A stretch of DNA of 20,251 nt from Granulicella sp. (GCA_027339965.1 DAHWNL010000026.1:1-20251); one strand, 5' to 3'. Shown: positions 1 through 9,555, numbered from the stretch's first letter. Translations and numbers: made by a program. The notes: generated by a model not told the origin, from the letters alone.

Positions 1-458
1 TGTCAAACATCCTTCCACCGTGTAAGGGAACCTCGCAGATCCATCTCGAGCGGCTTCTTTGTCGTTCTATGATTTCCGGATCTGTGAAGCCGGATTGTGA
101 GAGATGACTTCTGCCGACGGATCCATGACGCGTCCCCGGCCAGGCGAAGCTCAACGCGTCTTTGCCGGGAGCTATCATGAGGCACTCCCGGATGCGTCCC
201 ATGCAGCGAATTCGGGCAACAGCGTGACGATCACGGCGGCCTTGTCGGAAGCTTTCTTATCATTCCCAACGGAATCAATAAGATAACTTCCCTATGGCGA
301 CGTGCTCCCAGCCCACATGGATGGCAGGGGTTCGACGTTTAAAGGGTGTAGTACACTTGGGAGCGTCTTAGGCTGGAGTCCTGCGGAAAGCTCTCCTATC
401 GATTCGATTAGGGATTTGGCCGCAGCGGAACTCTCACATCGCCTAGATCGCGCGAGAG

Positions 459-1817
459 ATGGGAAGGGGTTGGGTCACCGTGAAGGCTCATGCAGGTGAC
501 GCGAAGAAGGAAGATCTGCTCTCTTCTGCTTCGGAATCGATGTTCCGCAGCGAGGAGTGGAAGCTCACGCTACGCATCACAGCGACGCCACCTTTTCAGC
601 GATCTGCGTTTCTCACCAATTTTCTACTCTATATATGTAGCCGCAAACTCTCGCACCGCGAGGAGGAGATCTCTGAGCACCAGATCGGCGTTCAGGCCCT
701 GGGCCGCCCGGCTGCCTACAATCCGGGTGAAGACAATATCGTCCGCAACTATGCCCGGATGCTTCGCCAGCAGCTAGAGGAGTACTTCGCGCACGAGGGA
801 CGAAATGAGCCTCTGCGGATTGTGATTCCCCGCGGCCGCTATGTTCCCCTCTTCGAGCCGAATACCCGACCCGAGGCTGCGGAAGCTCAGCCAGATGCGA
901 AAGATCCTGCCGGCGTACCCCCGACATCGGCCGTTTCGAAAAGCACCGCTCGCTTGCGCTGGAGCCTTCTAATCGCGCTTGCCGTCGTTGCCGTCGCCCT
1001 CATGAGTTGGAGGTACCGGCACGCCAAAAGTCTACCGGTCGAGCCAAGCCTGTACGCCGCCTTCTGGGAGGAGTTGGCCTGCCCCGGGCGAACCACGTAT
1101 ATCGTGACTGCGGACAGCGGGTTTGGCCTTTTGCAGGACATCACTCGCCGCCAGATTCCATTGCAGGAATACGTCAACGGAGACTTCGATAAGTGGTTCG
1201 CCGACTTCGATGCGACGATGCGGCATTTCGGTTCCAGCGTCGATGCCGATCGCCTGGCCGGGTACACCAGCGTCGCGGATCTCAATACCGTCGTGGCGCT
1301 CATGCGCCTTCCGGGGCTTTCCAGGGGGAACGTGATTGTCAGGAATGCCCATGACATCCACATGGGAGACATCCAGACCGCCAACCTGATTCTCTTCGGA
1401 GGCCCGCTTGCCAATCCGTGGGCCAGCTTATTTCAGCCGGATTCCGACTTCAGCTTCGAATTCGCCCCGGAATCGGACCAACGGTCCATCCTTAACTGGC
1501 ATCCTCACCCAGGCGAGCAGGCCGTTTACCAGAACGCAGGGGGGATCGGTCCACAATGGACCTACGTCATCTTGTCATTCTTGCCCAATCTCGATGGAAC
1601 GGGTCACGCTCTCTTGATTCAGGGATTGAATATCTCCGGCACGCAAGCCGGAGCTGATTTTATTCTGAATCCGTCCGCCATGACGCCGATTCTCCAGCGA
1701 GCCCGCCTGCCGGACGGAACCATAGGAAGATTCCAGTTGATCCTACGAACCGAGTCGATCGGCGTCAGCGCTCCCAACGCCATCCCTGTGGTGGAGCATT
1801 TCAGCTCCGCCAAGTGA
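459..1817 (+). CDS. Putative membrane-anchored one-component transcriptional regulator/sensor (N-terminal winged-helix-like domain, single TM helix, extracytoplasmic C-terminal domain)
   Basis: 452-aa ORF; the start is uncertain (ATG 459, GTG 480 or ATG 540). The N-terminus F-x-R-S-x-x-L-x-x-F-L-x-Y-I...I-G-x-x-A-L-G-R...DNIVRNYARMLRQQLEEYF...RIVIPRGRYVP resembles the recognition helix and wing of OmpR/PhoB-type wHTH domains. A Pro/Ala linker follows, then a hydrophobic helix WSLLIALAVVAVALMSW (~960-1010) and a ~265-aa soluble domain. Confidence 0.75.
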   Translation: MGRGWVTVKAHAGDAKKEDLLSSASESMFRSEEWKLTLRITATPPFQRSAFLTNFLLYICSRKLSHREEEISEHQIGVQALGRPAAYNPGEDNIVRNYARMLRQQLEEYFAHEGRNEPLRIVIPRGRYVPLFEPNTRPEAAEAQPDAKDPAGVPPTSAVSKSTARLRWSLLIALAVVAVALMSWRYRHAKSLPVEPSLYAAFWEELACPGRTTYIVTADSGFGLLQDITRRQIPLQEYVNGDFDKWFADFDATMRHFGSSVDADRLAGYTSVADLNTVVALMRLPGLSRGNVIVRNAHDIHMGDIQTANLILFGGPLANPWASLFQPDSDFSFEFAPESDQRSILNWHPHPGEQAVYQNAGGIGPQWTYVILSFLPNLDGTGHALLIQGLNISGTQAGADFILNPSAMTPILQRARLPDGTIGRFQLILRTESIGVSAPNAIPVVEHFSSAK

Positions 1818-2106
1818 CCATAGCTGCCTTGGCCGAGGCCTGGAATGACGGCAGCCTGCCGGCTGCCAAACGCTTCAAGCGGTTCCTGAGCGGAAGCTTT
1901 CAGACGATCCTTTGCGATAAGATTGCGACCCGTGCGGCGCGGAAGGCGCGTTCGGGATCCAGCCAGCCAACGATGACCCAGAAGCATCGCGGTTGATTCC
2001 TTGAAGTCCGGTGTAAAGCTCACCGCTCAGAATGGAGCGCGGCATCTCTATCTTGCTGACCTCGCAAACCTTATCGCGCGCCACGAACTTTTCAACGTCT
2101 TTGCAC

Positions 2107-2157
2107 GGTGATATCACCTTGTCAGGCGCGTCCCTTCCTGATCAATCTCGGTATAGT
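2107..2157 (+). promoter_or_regulatory. Candidate operator palindrome plus -10 element upstream of the sulfatase
   Basis: Perfect 12-bp palindrome GGTGATATCACC (2107-2118) and TATAGT (2152-2157); no good -35 at 17-bp spacing. Confidence 0.4.
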
Positions 2158-2245
2158 CCTGTAGCAGGTGCAATTGAGGCCCAGAGCAAACTACACAAGA
2201 GCATTGGCGCTGCATAACCGCTTTCCCCGTGGAGATTCGAATATC

Positions 2246-3766
2246 GTGAATCGAAGAGACTTTCTTGCTACTGCTGGCGCGGCAACCCTGTCCGCAATTT
2301 CAACGCCTTCTTCGGCTCAGGAGGACACGGAAGCCGCCTCTCCAACCAGGAAGCGTCCCAATGTGCTGCTCATCATGTCAGACCAGCACAAGCGGAGCTG
2401 CATGGGGGTCTGCGGGGATGCGGTCGCCAAAACGCCCAACCTGGATCAGCTTGCGCAGCAGAGCGTTCGTTTCACCAACGCCTACTGCAACAATCCAGTA
2501 TGCGCGCCCTCCCGAGCGTCCATGATGACCGGGCTTTATAGCCACAATCTTCACGACAATATGGAGCGGCCCTACGGCCCTCGGTTCGCCACCATGCCCA
2601 CTCGCTTTGGGGATGCCGGGTACTTCACGGCGCTCATCGGGAAGATGCACGCAGTCGATGCGCAGCTTCACGGATTCCAGTATCAGTTGGAGTTCAACGA
2701 CTGGTTTCAGGCGATTGGGCCGGCAGCCCAGCTATATGCAGACGAGTTGGGCGCCCCAAACTCGGGAGCGGGGCAGCCACAGATCAGAAGCCTTTGGCGC
2801 CGAGGCGATCCCTGGAAGGGGCATCGCACGCCTGACCACCGCTTGGGATCCGTTGCTGTGGGCCGGCCGTCGATCATGCCGGAGGAGGAGCACTTTGAGG
2901 AGTTCGTATCCAGCGAGACCGTCCGGTTCCTCGAAACCTATGCCGAGCAGGACAAACCGTTCTTCCTGATCTCGTCCTTTCTCAAGCCGCACGATCCCTT
3001 CATGCCGGCCCAGCCATTTGCGGGGATGTTCGCCCCGGAGGAGATGAGCCTCTCCCCCACCTGGGGCAAAGCCCACCTGGATGCGATGCCGAGGCGCGTT
3101 CGTGACTACATCGTACGTTGCCCGCATACTCCTGAGCTGCTTCAGGCTCCTGAGGCGAAGAAGCGAATCGCATATTACTATGGCAACCTCGCCCAAACAG
3201 ATCACTGCGCAGGCGAGGTGCTTGGGGCCCTCAAGCGGCTCGGGCTTGAGGAAAACACGATCGTGATCTATACCTCAGATCACGGCGAGATGCTGAGTGA
3301 CCTGGGGCTATGGAACAAATTCCAGTTCTATGAAGGATCCTGCGGCGTGCCGCTGATGTTCAAACTTCCCGGCGCTTCACCGGCGGTGTGCAATGCTCCT
3401 GTCAGCCTGGTCTCGCTCTCCTCCACGTTGACGGATCTCTGCGGCATTCCAGACCAGGGATCGCATGATGGCAAGAGCTTCGCGGATCTGGTTCGCGATC
3501 CGGCTTCAACGCGGGACCCAGGTCCCGTCTTCGCCGAGTTCAGCCTGGGCAACAGCGCCGCCAAGTACATGATCCGTGATGGCGGCTGGAAATACACCTA
3601 CTGGGTTGACGATATGCCGGAGTTGTACGATCTCTCCTCCGATCCGCAAGAGCTGAACAATCTCGCTTTACTTCCCAGCTATGCAGCCAAGGTTGAGGAG
3701 CTCAAGCAAAAGCTCTTCGAGTGGCATACCCCACCGGTTTGGCAGGGTGTTCCGACAAGAGCTTAG
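2246..3766 (+). CDS. Tat-exported formylglycine-dependent (S1) sulfatase, choline-sulfatase-like
   Basis: Probable start is GTG 2246 (GGAG at 2231-2234), giving MNRRDFLATAGAATLSAISTPSSAQ, a twin-arginine signal. Motifs: RPNVLLIMSDQH, CAPSRASMMTG (CxPxR), GKMH, PHDPF, SDHGEML, ELYDLSSDPQELNNL. 506 aa. Confidence 0.92.
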   Translation: MNRRDFLATAGAATLSAISTPSSAQEDTEAASPTRKRPNVLLIMSDQHKRSCMGVCGDAVAKTPNLDQLAQQSVRFTNAYCNNPVCAPSRASMMTGLYSHNLHDNMERPYGPRFATMPTRFGDAGYFTALIGKMHAVDAQLHGFQYQLEFNDWFQAIGPAAQLYADELGAPNSGAGQPQIRSLWRRGDPWKGHRTPDHRLGSVAVGRPSIMPEEEHFEEFVSSETVRFLETYAEQDKPFFLISSFLKPHDPFMPAQPFAGMFAPEEMSLSPTWGKAHLDAMPRRVRDYIVRCPHTPELLQAPEAKKRIAYYYGNLAQTDHCAGEVLGALKRLGLEENTIVIYTSDHGEMLSDLGLWNKFQFYEGSCGVPLMFKLPGASPAVCNAPVSLVSLSSTLTDLCGIPDQGSHDGKSFADLVRDPASTRDPGPVFAEFSLGNSAAKYMIRDGGWKYTYWVDDMPELYDLSSDPQELNNLALLPSYAAKVEELKQKLFEWHTPPVWQGVPTRA

Positions 3767-4396
3767 CGTGAGTGACAGAGGGATCGATTTAGGCCCTTGA
3801 ATGAACGCAGGCGCGTGGGACTGGGTCTTCGGACGCGGAACTGCGGCGAACCGAGCAGTCGGTTCGGGAAGGAGAGAACGGCATGGTGCGGTTGCCAGGC
3901 AGCTTCGAGAGTGCTGGGCAGAAAACTTGCCGCTTCCGTTCCGGCTGGAGCGCCGGAGCGCGGAGCAGGGTTCCTGTTCAAGCTTGGCTGGCGCAACCTT
4001 GGGATCGCAGCGGGAGAGCCTCTCGGTTTGACCTTTGGCGGCGAGCAGAACCTTTTGGATCTACTTCCTTGACGCTGTACCTTGGGCTCGCGGCTGTTTG
4101 CCTCTCGTCCTCAATTGCGCGCGGCCGTGCTAGGGACAGGCCGGCATCTCGGCCTCGGTCACCGGCTCCCAGCCCTCCATCGACTGCTTCTCCAGCTTCA
4201 GACCGGGGCTTCTCACTGCAGCTTTCGTGCCAAACCATGCGGCTCAAGCAACAGCGTTATCGGCCAGTCTTTGCCGGCCGGGGAGGCGGCGGTTCGATTG
4301 CAGTTTCCGAACTTGCCTCTGCGAAACAATCTCCGGCGAGATATCAACCATCGTTCGCAACCGTAAGCTGAGGCCTCATGGTCTCGGGAGGAAAAT

Positions 4397-5806
4397 ATGC
4401 ATAAGGCAGCAGGCCCCGTGGTTCTTGCCGCAGCGAGCTTGACCGTGCTTTGTCATGCGCAAGGCAAGCCGGAAGCACCTCAGGGCATTCACAAGATCCG
4501 TCACATCATTATCATCATGCAGGAGAATCGCTCCTTTGATAGTTACTTTGGGACCTTCCCTGGAGCCGACGGCTTGCCAACCAAAGACGGTGCCTTCACC
4601 GTCTGCAACCCCGACCTGAAAACGGGGCAGTGCGTAAGTCCCTATCATGATGACCACGACAGGAACGGCGGCGGACCGCATCGCGCAGTGGATTCGATCC
4701 GAGACATGGATAACGGAAAGATGGATGGCTTCATGATCGCCGCAGAGCAAGGCAGGAAGGGATGCCAGGCGGCTGCGGATCCAGCTTGCGTGGGCTCAGC
4801 TCGGCCGGATGTGATGGGCTATCACGATGGGCGAGATATTCCAAATTATTGGGCTTATGCGCAGACTTATGTGCTGCAGGACCACATGTTCGAGCCGAAT
4901 GCATCCTGGAGTCTTCCGGCTCATTTGTACGAAATCTCTGCTTGGTCCGCCTATTGCACCCGGCACAACGACCCCATGAGCTGTTCCAATGCGCTGGATA
5001 ATCCCGGTGCTGTGCCGGACGACACCTTTCGCCGGCACAGCCGGGCCGGCCTTGAACGCAACGGCCCTGTCGGGACTCCGCCCATCTACGCGTGGACGGA
5101 TGTGACTTATCTCCTCCACAAGTATCACGTGACTTGGGGCTATTATGTCGTTCCGGGTGGGCCGGGATGCAAAGGAGATACAAACAGTGAGAAGTTCTGT
5201 ACCCCTGGGATTTGGAACCCCCTACCCTATTTCGACACCGTCAAGAATGATGATCAGTTGAATCGTGATCAACCCATCGCCAACTTCCTCAAGCAGGCCC
5301 ACGATGGCACGCTGCCTTCGGTATCATGGATCGCTCCGTCGTTTGCGGAGAGCGAACATCCACCCGCCCTGATATCCAAGGGCCAAACCTGGGTGACAAC
5401 TCTTATAAACGCCGTAATGCAGGGGCCTGATTGGAAAGACTGTGCGATCTTCCTTGCCTGGGATGATTGGGGCGGGTTTTACGATCACCTGGCGCCTCCC
5501 GTCGTGGACCAAAACGGATATGGACTGCGCGTGCCGGCGATCGTGATCTCGCCCTATGCCAAGCCACACTACATCGATCACCAGGTCTTGAGCTTTGATG
5601 CGTATTTGAAGTTCATCGAGGATGACTTCATGGGCGGAGCAAGACTCAATCCAAAGACAGACGGCCGGCCAGATCCGCGTCCTACGGTAAGGGAGAACGC
5701 GCATATTCTGGGCGATCTCAGCAACGACTTTGATTTTGACCAGAACCCCCGAAAAGCACTGGTCCTCTCTCCTCATCCCAAGACCGACCTGACCGCACCC
5801 AATTAG
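4397..5806 (+). CDS. Secreted phosphoesterase (AcpA acid phosphatase / non-specific phospholipase C family)
   Basis: Strong SD (GGGAGG) before ATG 4397 and a Sec-type signal peptide ending CHA-Q. Motifs: [25 protein letters not shown], predicted Ser nucleophile in [36 protein letters not shown]. 469 aa. Confidence 0.92.
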   Translation: MHKAAGPVVLAAASLTVLCHAQGKPEAPQGIHKIRHIIIIMQENRSFDSYFGTFPGADGLPTKDGAFTVCNPDLKTGQCVSPYHDDHDRNGGGPHRAVDSIRDMDNGKMDGFMIAAEQGRKGCQAAADPACVGSARPDVMGYHDGRDIPNYWAYAQTYVLQDHMFEPNASWSLPAHLYEISAWSAYCTRHNDPMSCSNALDNPGAVPDDTFRRHSRAGLERNGPVGTPPIYAWTDVTYLLHKYHVTWGYYVVPGGPGCKGDTNSEKFCTPGIWNPLPYFDTVKNDDQLNRDQPIANFLKQAHDGTLPSVSWIAPSFAESEHPPALISKGQTWVTTLINAVMQGPDWKDCAIFLAWDDWGGFYDHLAPPVVDQNGYGLRVPAIVISPYAKPHYIDHQVLSFDAYLKFIEDDFMGGARLNPKTDGRPDPRPTVRENAHILGDLSNDFDFDQNPRKALVLSPHPKTDLTAPN

Positions 5807-5905
5807 CCGAAGCTCCGCCGAAAGGAGTACGCCTGGAAAGCCTTGAAGACGGCCTCCATCCCTAATACCGAATCTGTACCAGAACTTTGTTGGAGACGAG
5901 AACAG

Positions 5906-8900
5906 ATGACCTCGAATCGATGGCTCAACCTCGCAGCCTGTGTGGCCTTAGCTTGGAATTGTGCAGCGGCGCAATCAACTTCGCAGCCGAAGAATCAGGC
6001 ACTTCATGACGCTGTCAGTCAGCTTCCCCCTGCGCGACAGCAAATCCTTCAGCAGCAAAAGGCGATCTTTAACTCATTGCCGTCGTCCGCTCAGGAAGTA
6101 CTCCAGCGGCTGGGTAAGCTGAATCACCTCCCCGCCGTCGAATGGCGCTATCATGCTGCCGACCTGGCTCACGGTGAAAGCCCCACTTTGGACGACTCCG
6201 GTTGGTTAGTGGCAACGCCGAGGTCGAATTACTCTCAGGATGCGTTTTGGTTCCGGCAATGGGTCGTGGTTCCCAAATCCGTTCATGGCTACGACCTGAA
6301 TGGCGCGACCATTTGGTTTCACTTTGACGCCACGTCGGTTGGAGGGGCTCCGCAGATCGTTTACCTTAACGGGCGACGCGTCGCCCTTGGCGAAGATCTC
6401 GAGCCGATCGAACTTTTTCAAGACGCGAAGCCAGGCGAAAAGATTCTGGTGGCTGTGAAGCTTCTAGCCACGTCCGGCGCCAAGCGCTTCCTTGGCAGCA
6501 CGATGAAGATAGACTTCGCGAATGACCGGCCCGACCCGGAGGATCTTCGTACAGAGTTTCTGGCCGCTGCGGCGCTGATTCCCACCTTTCCGAACGCAAC
6601 GCAGGACCGCGATGAGCTCTATAAAGCCATCAAACAGGTGAATCTGACAGCTCTGCAAGCAGGCGATCAGCAAGGATTCGACGCATCCCTTCGTGCAGCG
6701 CAAGCAACCCTGCAGGCGCTGAAGCCGGAGATGAGCGCATTAACCGTTCATCTGACAGGCAACTCCCACATCGACGCCGCATGGAAGTGGCCGTGGGTGG
6801 AGTCGGTGCAGACAGTGCGGAACACATACGCAACCGCATTGCAGCTCATGGACGAGTATCCAGCATATACCTTCACGCAATCAGCGGCAGCCTATAATGC
6901 CTGGCTTGCACAGTACTATCCGGATATCAATGCGGAGATCGAGAAGCGAATCAAGGAAGGCCGTTGGGAGGTGGTTGGAGGCATGTGGGTCGAGCCGGAC
7001 CTGAATCTTCCTGATGGCGAATCCACCGCACGCTCGCTCCTCATTGGCAAGCGATGGTACCTGAAGCACTATGGCGTGGACGTGCGCATCGGCTGGAATC
7101 CTGATTCATTTGGGTATAATTGGCAGCTTCCACAAATCTACAAAAAGTCAGGGGTCGACTATTTTGTGACTCAGAAACTGGGGTGGAACGATACGAACCG
7201 GTTACCCTTCAAATTATTCTGGTGGGAGTCGCCCGACGGAAGCAAAGTCCTGACTTATTTCCCGCATGGATATGGGAATAGAGACCTCAGCCCTTCGCGT
7301 CTGGCAAACGACTTCGCGCAGGCGCGTACAGACGTTCCAAGTATGACGGAGATGATGGATCTGTATGGAGTCAGTGACCACGGCGGCGGCCCTACACGCG
7401 CCATGCTGGATCAGGGCATTCATTGGATGAGGAATGACAAGGTTGTTCCCGTCATGAAGTTCGGTACAGCGCTCTCCTATTTTCAGAGCGAGGCAAGCGA
7501 ACTCGCAGATCAGTCGCCGGAGTGGAACTACCAGAGCATCGCCAAGGGATTCACTGCGCCTCCGGTCCCGTCCAGCGGTAAGATGGAAGTTCCTACCTGG
7601 GATGATGAACTCTACCTGGAGTTCCATCGCGGCACGTACACAACCCAGTCGCACATGAAGAAGCTTCTGCGGGAGAGTTCAGAGTGGGCCCTGAACGCCG
7701 AGAAGTATGCTTCCTTGGCATGGCTCGACGGCGATCATTATCCAAGTGAAGAACTTACCGCGGCATGGGAAAAAATTGCATTCAATGATTTCCACGATCT
7801 TGCGGCCGGCAGCGGGATAGCCGCCATCTACCAGGATGCGCAAAAAGATTACCAGGATGTGCGTTGGTCGACCAGCCGGATCTCGGACGATGCATTGCAC
7901 ACCATAGAGTCAAAGGTGAACACTCTGCCGCAGTCTGGGGTGAGGATGTCGCAGGCCGTCCCGCTATTTGTCTTCAATCCGCTCGCATGGCAACGCTCCG
8001 GCCCGGTGACAGTCAGCGTTCAAATGCGTGCTCCTGTGTCGGATGTTTATGTGCTGGATCCAAACGGGCATGTCGTGCCGTCGCAGGTTTTGGCAAGGAA
8101 CGCCAAGACAAATACCTTCAAACTTCTGATGGAGGCAAAAGACATTCCGTCGATGGGCTATCAGGTGCTGCAGGTGGTTCCGGGCGAAAAACATTTTGTC
8201 AGCGATCTGCATGTTACTGGAACCATGCTGGAGAATGGCTCGCTCCGCATTATGGTAGACCCGAAAACCGGGTGTATTACCAGTCTGTATGACAAGAAGG
8301 CTGACTTTGAAGCCCTTGCGCCCGGTTCTTGTGGGAATGAACTGGAAGCATTCAGGGACGAACCGGCAAGGTTTGACGCGTGGAATATTGATCCTAGAAC
8401 TCTCACCGAATCGCCGGCTCTGCTGAATCATGCGGACTCGGTTCAGGTGGTGCAACGCGGTCCAGTGCGCGCGGCGATTCGCGTGGTGCGCAAATGGCAG
8501 CATTCGAAGTTCGTACAAGAGATTCAACTGGACGCGGGCAGTGACGAGGCGGTGGTTGTGAACGACATCGACTGGCACGAGAGGCACGTCCTGCTGAAGA
8601 CGGCCTTTACCCTTACGGCAAGCGGTCCTTTTGCGACCTATGAGATTCCGTTCGGTTCTATTCAACGGCCAACGACACGAAACAACAGATGGGAACAGGC
8701 AAGATGGGAGGTGCCGGCGCTCCGGTGGGCAGACCTGGGCGATGCAAACCATGGGTTGAGCCTGATTAACGAGTCCAAGTTCGGTTACGATGCGAAGGGG
8801 AATGTGCTGCGCCTGTCACTGCTGCGTGCGACGACCTTCCCCGATCCAACTGCGGACCAAGGGCATCACCACTTCCGATACGCGCTATATCCGCATGCTG

Positions 8901-9268
8901 GAAGCTGGAAGCAGGCCATGACCGTGCGGCGGGGCTACGACTTTGACTACAGGCTCAGAGCGATGCCGGTGGAAGCTCATGCCGGTGCGATGGCCTCAGA
9001 ACACTCTTTTGTATCCGTCGCGCCAGACACTGTGACCCTCACTGCGATGAAGAAGGCGGAAGATAGCCACGCTTTGATCTTCCACCTGTACGAGTGGGCG
9101 GGCAAGAGCGGCGAAATTGACCTGACGGTCCCACCTGGCGCAACCGGGGCCGTGGAGACCAACCTGATGGAGAAGCCGGTGGGTGACCGGCTGCGGTTGA
9201 ATGGGAACCGGATCAGAGTTTCAGTGAAACCCTATGAAATCGTCGCCGTGCGAGTCGACTATCCTTGA
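5906..9268 (+). CDS. Secreted GH38 alpha-mannosidase
   Basis: Probable start is ATG 5906 (GGAG at 5892-5895), with signal peptide MTSNRWLNLAACVALAWNCAAA-Q. GH38 motifs: SHIDAAW (Zn ligands), GGMWVEPD, GWNPDSFG (nucleophile), DHGGGP, ELYLEFHRGTYT, FHDLAAGS, LRLSLLR. It has an extra N-terminal beta-sandwich-like region. 1120 aa. Confidence 0.95.
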   Translation: MTSNRWLNLAACVALAWNCAAAQSTSQPKNQALHDAVSQLPPARQQILQQQKAIFNSLPSSAQEVLQRLGKLNHLPAVEWRYHAADLAHGESPTLDDSGWLVATPRSNYSQDAFWFRQWVVVPKSVHGYDLNGATIWFHFDATSVGGAPQIVYLNGRRVALGEDLEPIELFQDAKPGEKILVAVKLLATSGAKRFLGSTMKIDFANDRPDPEDLRTEFLAAAALIPTFPNATQDRDELYKAIKQVNLTALQAGDQQGFDASLRAAQATLQALKPEMSALTVHLTGNSHIDAAWKWPWVESVQTVRNTYATALQLMDEYPAYTFTQSAAAYNAWLAQYYPDINAEIEKRIKEGRWEVVGGMWVEPDLNLPDGESTARSLLIGKRWYLKHYGVDVRIGWNPDSFGYNWQLPQIYKKSGVDYFVTQKLGWNDTNRLPFKLFWWESPDGSKVLTYFPHGYGNRDLSPSRLANDFAQARTDVPSMTEMMDLYGVSDHGGGPTRAMLDQGIHWMRNDKVVPVMKFGTALSYFQSEASELADQSPEWNYQSIAKGFTAPPVPSSGKMEVPTWDDELYLEFHRGTYTTQSHMKKLLRESSEWALNAEKYASLAWLDGDHYPSEELTAAWEKIAFNDFHDLAAGSGIAAIYQDAQKDYQDVRWSTSRISDDALHTIESKVNTLPQSGVRMSQAVPLFVFNPLAWQRSGPVTVSVQMRAPVSDVYVLDPNGHVVPSQVLARNAKTNTFKLLMEAKDIPSMGYQVLQVVPGEKHFVSDLHVTGTMLENGSLRIMVDPKTGCITSLYDKKADFEALAPGSCGNELEAFRDEPARFDAWNIDPRTLTESPALLNHADSVQVVQRGPVRAAIRVVRKWQHSKFVQEIQLDAGSDEAVVVNDIDWHERHVLLKTAFTLTASGPFATYEIPFGSIQRPTTRNNRWEQARWEVPALRWADLGDANHGLSLINESKFGYDAKGNVLRLSLLRATTFPDPTADQGHHHFRYALYPHAGSWKQAMTVRRGYDFDYRLRAMPVEAHAGAMASEHSFVSVAPDTVTLTAMKKAEDSHALIFHLYEWAGKSGEIDLTVPPGATGAVETNLMEKPVGDRLRLNGNRIRVSVKPYEIVAVRVDYP

Positions 9269-9555
9269 CAGGGAAGCGGGATCTTCCATTGTCTGCCTTC
9301 TTGACATAGGAAGTCTCAGGAAGAGGAGATGCAATCTGTCGGTCCGCTTGCCGCGCCCTGTCGTAGGACGGTTTGTTGTTTACAGAATACTCGAAGCACT
9401 CGTCAAGACGGGTTGAGTGTCCAGCGAACGGAGCGTTTCACTCCGTCTGGAAGCGCCTCGACGCACCGTGGGGGGATGGGCGGCGACTGTGGGGCCCCTT
9501 GATCTCGGTACCCGGTTCATGATGGCGTCCAAGTCCGGGCGCTGACCAACAGCAC

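Noticed and set aside
1..458. Short ORFs at the left edge, and TACACT overlapping the palindrome GTGTA-G-TACAC (346-357)
   Set aside because: The ORFs have no recognisable motifs. The element could be the regulator's promoter, but it lacks a well-spaced -35 and is too weak to call.
2168..2245. Longer N-termini from the ORF track for the sulfatase (also GH38 at 5843, rpmB at 14526, msrB at 15455)
   Set aside because: The downstream starts have SD sequences and place the signal peptides or family N-termini correctly.
2246..3766. Calling the sulfatase betC
   Set aside because: The motifs are choline-sulfatase-like, but it has a Tat signal and no bet genes nearby; the substrate cannot be assigned from sequence.
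7363..7393. GH38 motif reads GVSDHGGGP rather than the usual GxGDHGGGP
   Set aside because: The catalytic Asp and Zn ligands are retained; no evidence of inactivation.
9264..9313. Two TTGACA hexamers (9265, 9301) in an imperfect direct repeat, and a hairpin after the GH38 stop
   Set aside because: Neither TTGACA has a -10 at 16-18 bp, and the hairpin lacks a U-tract.
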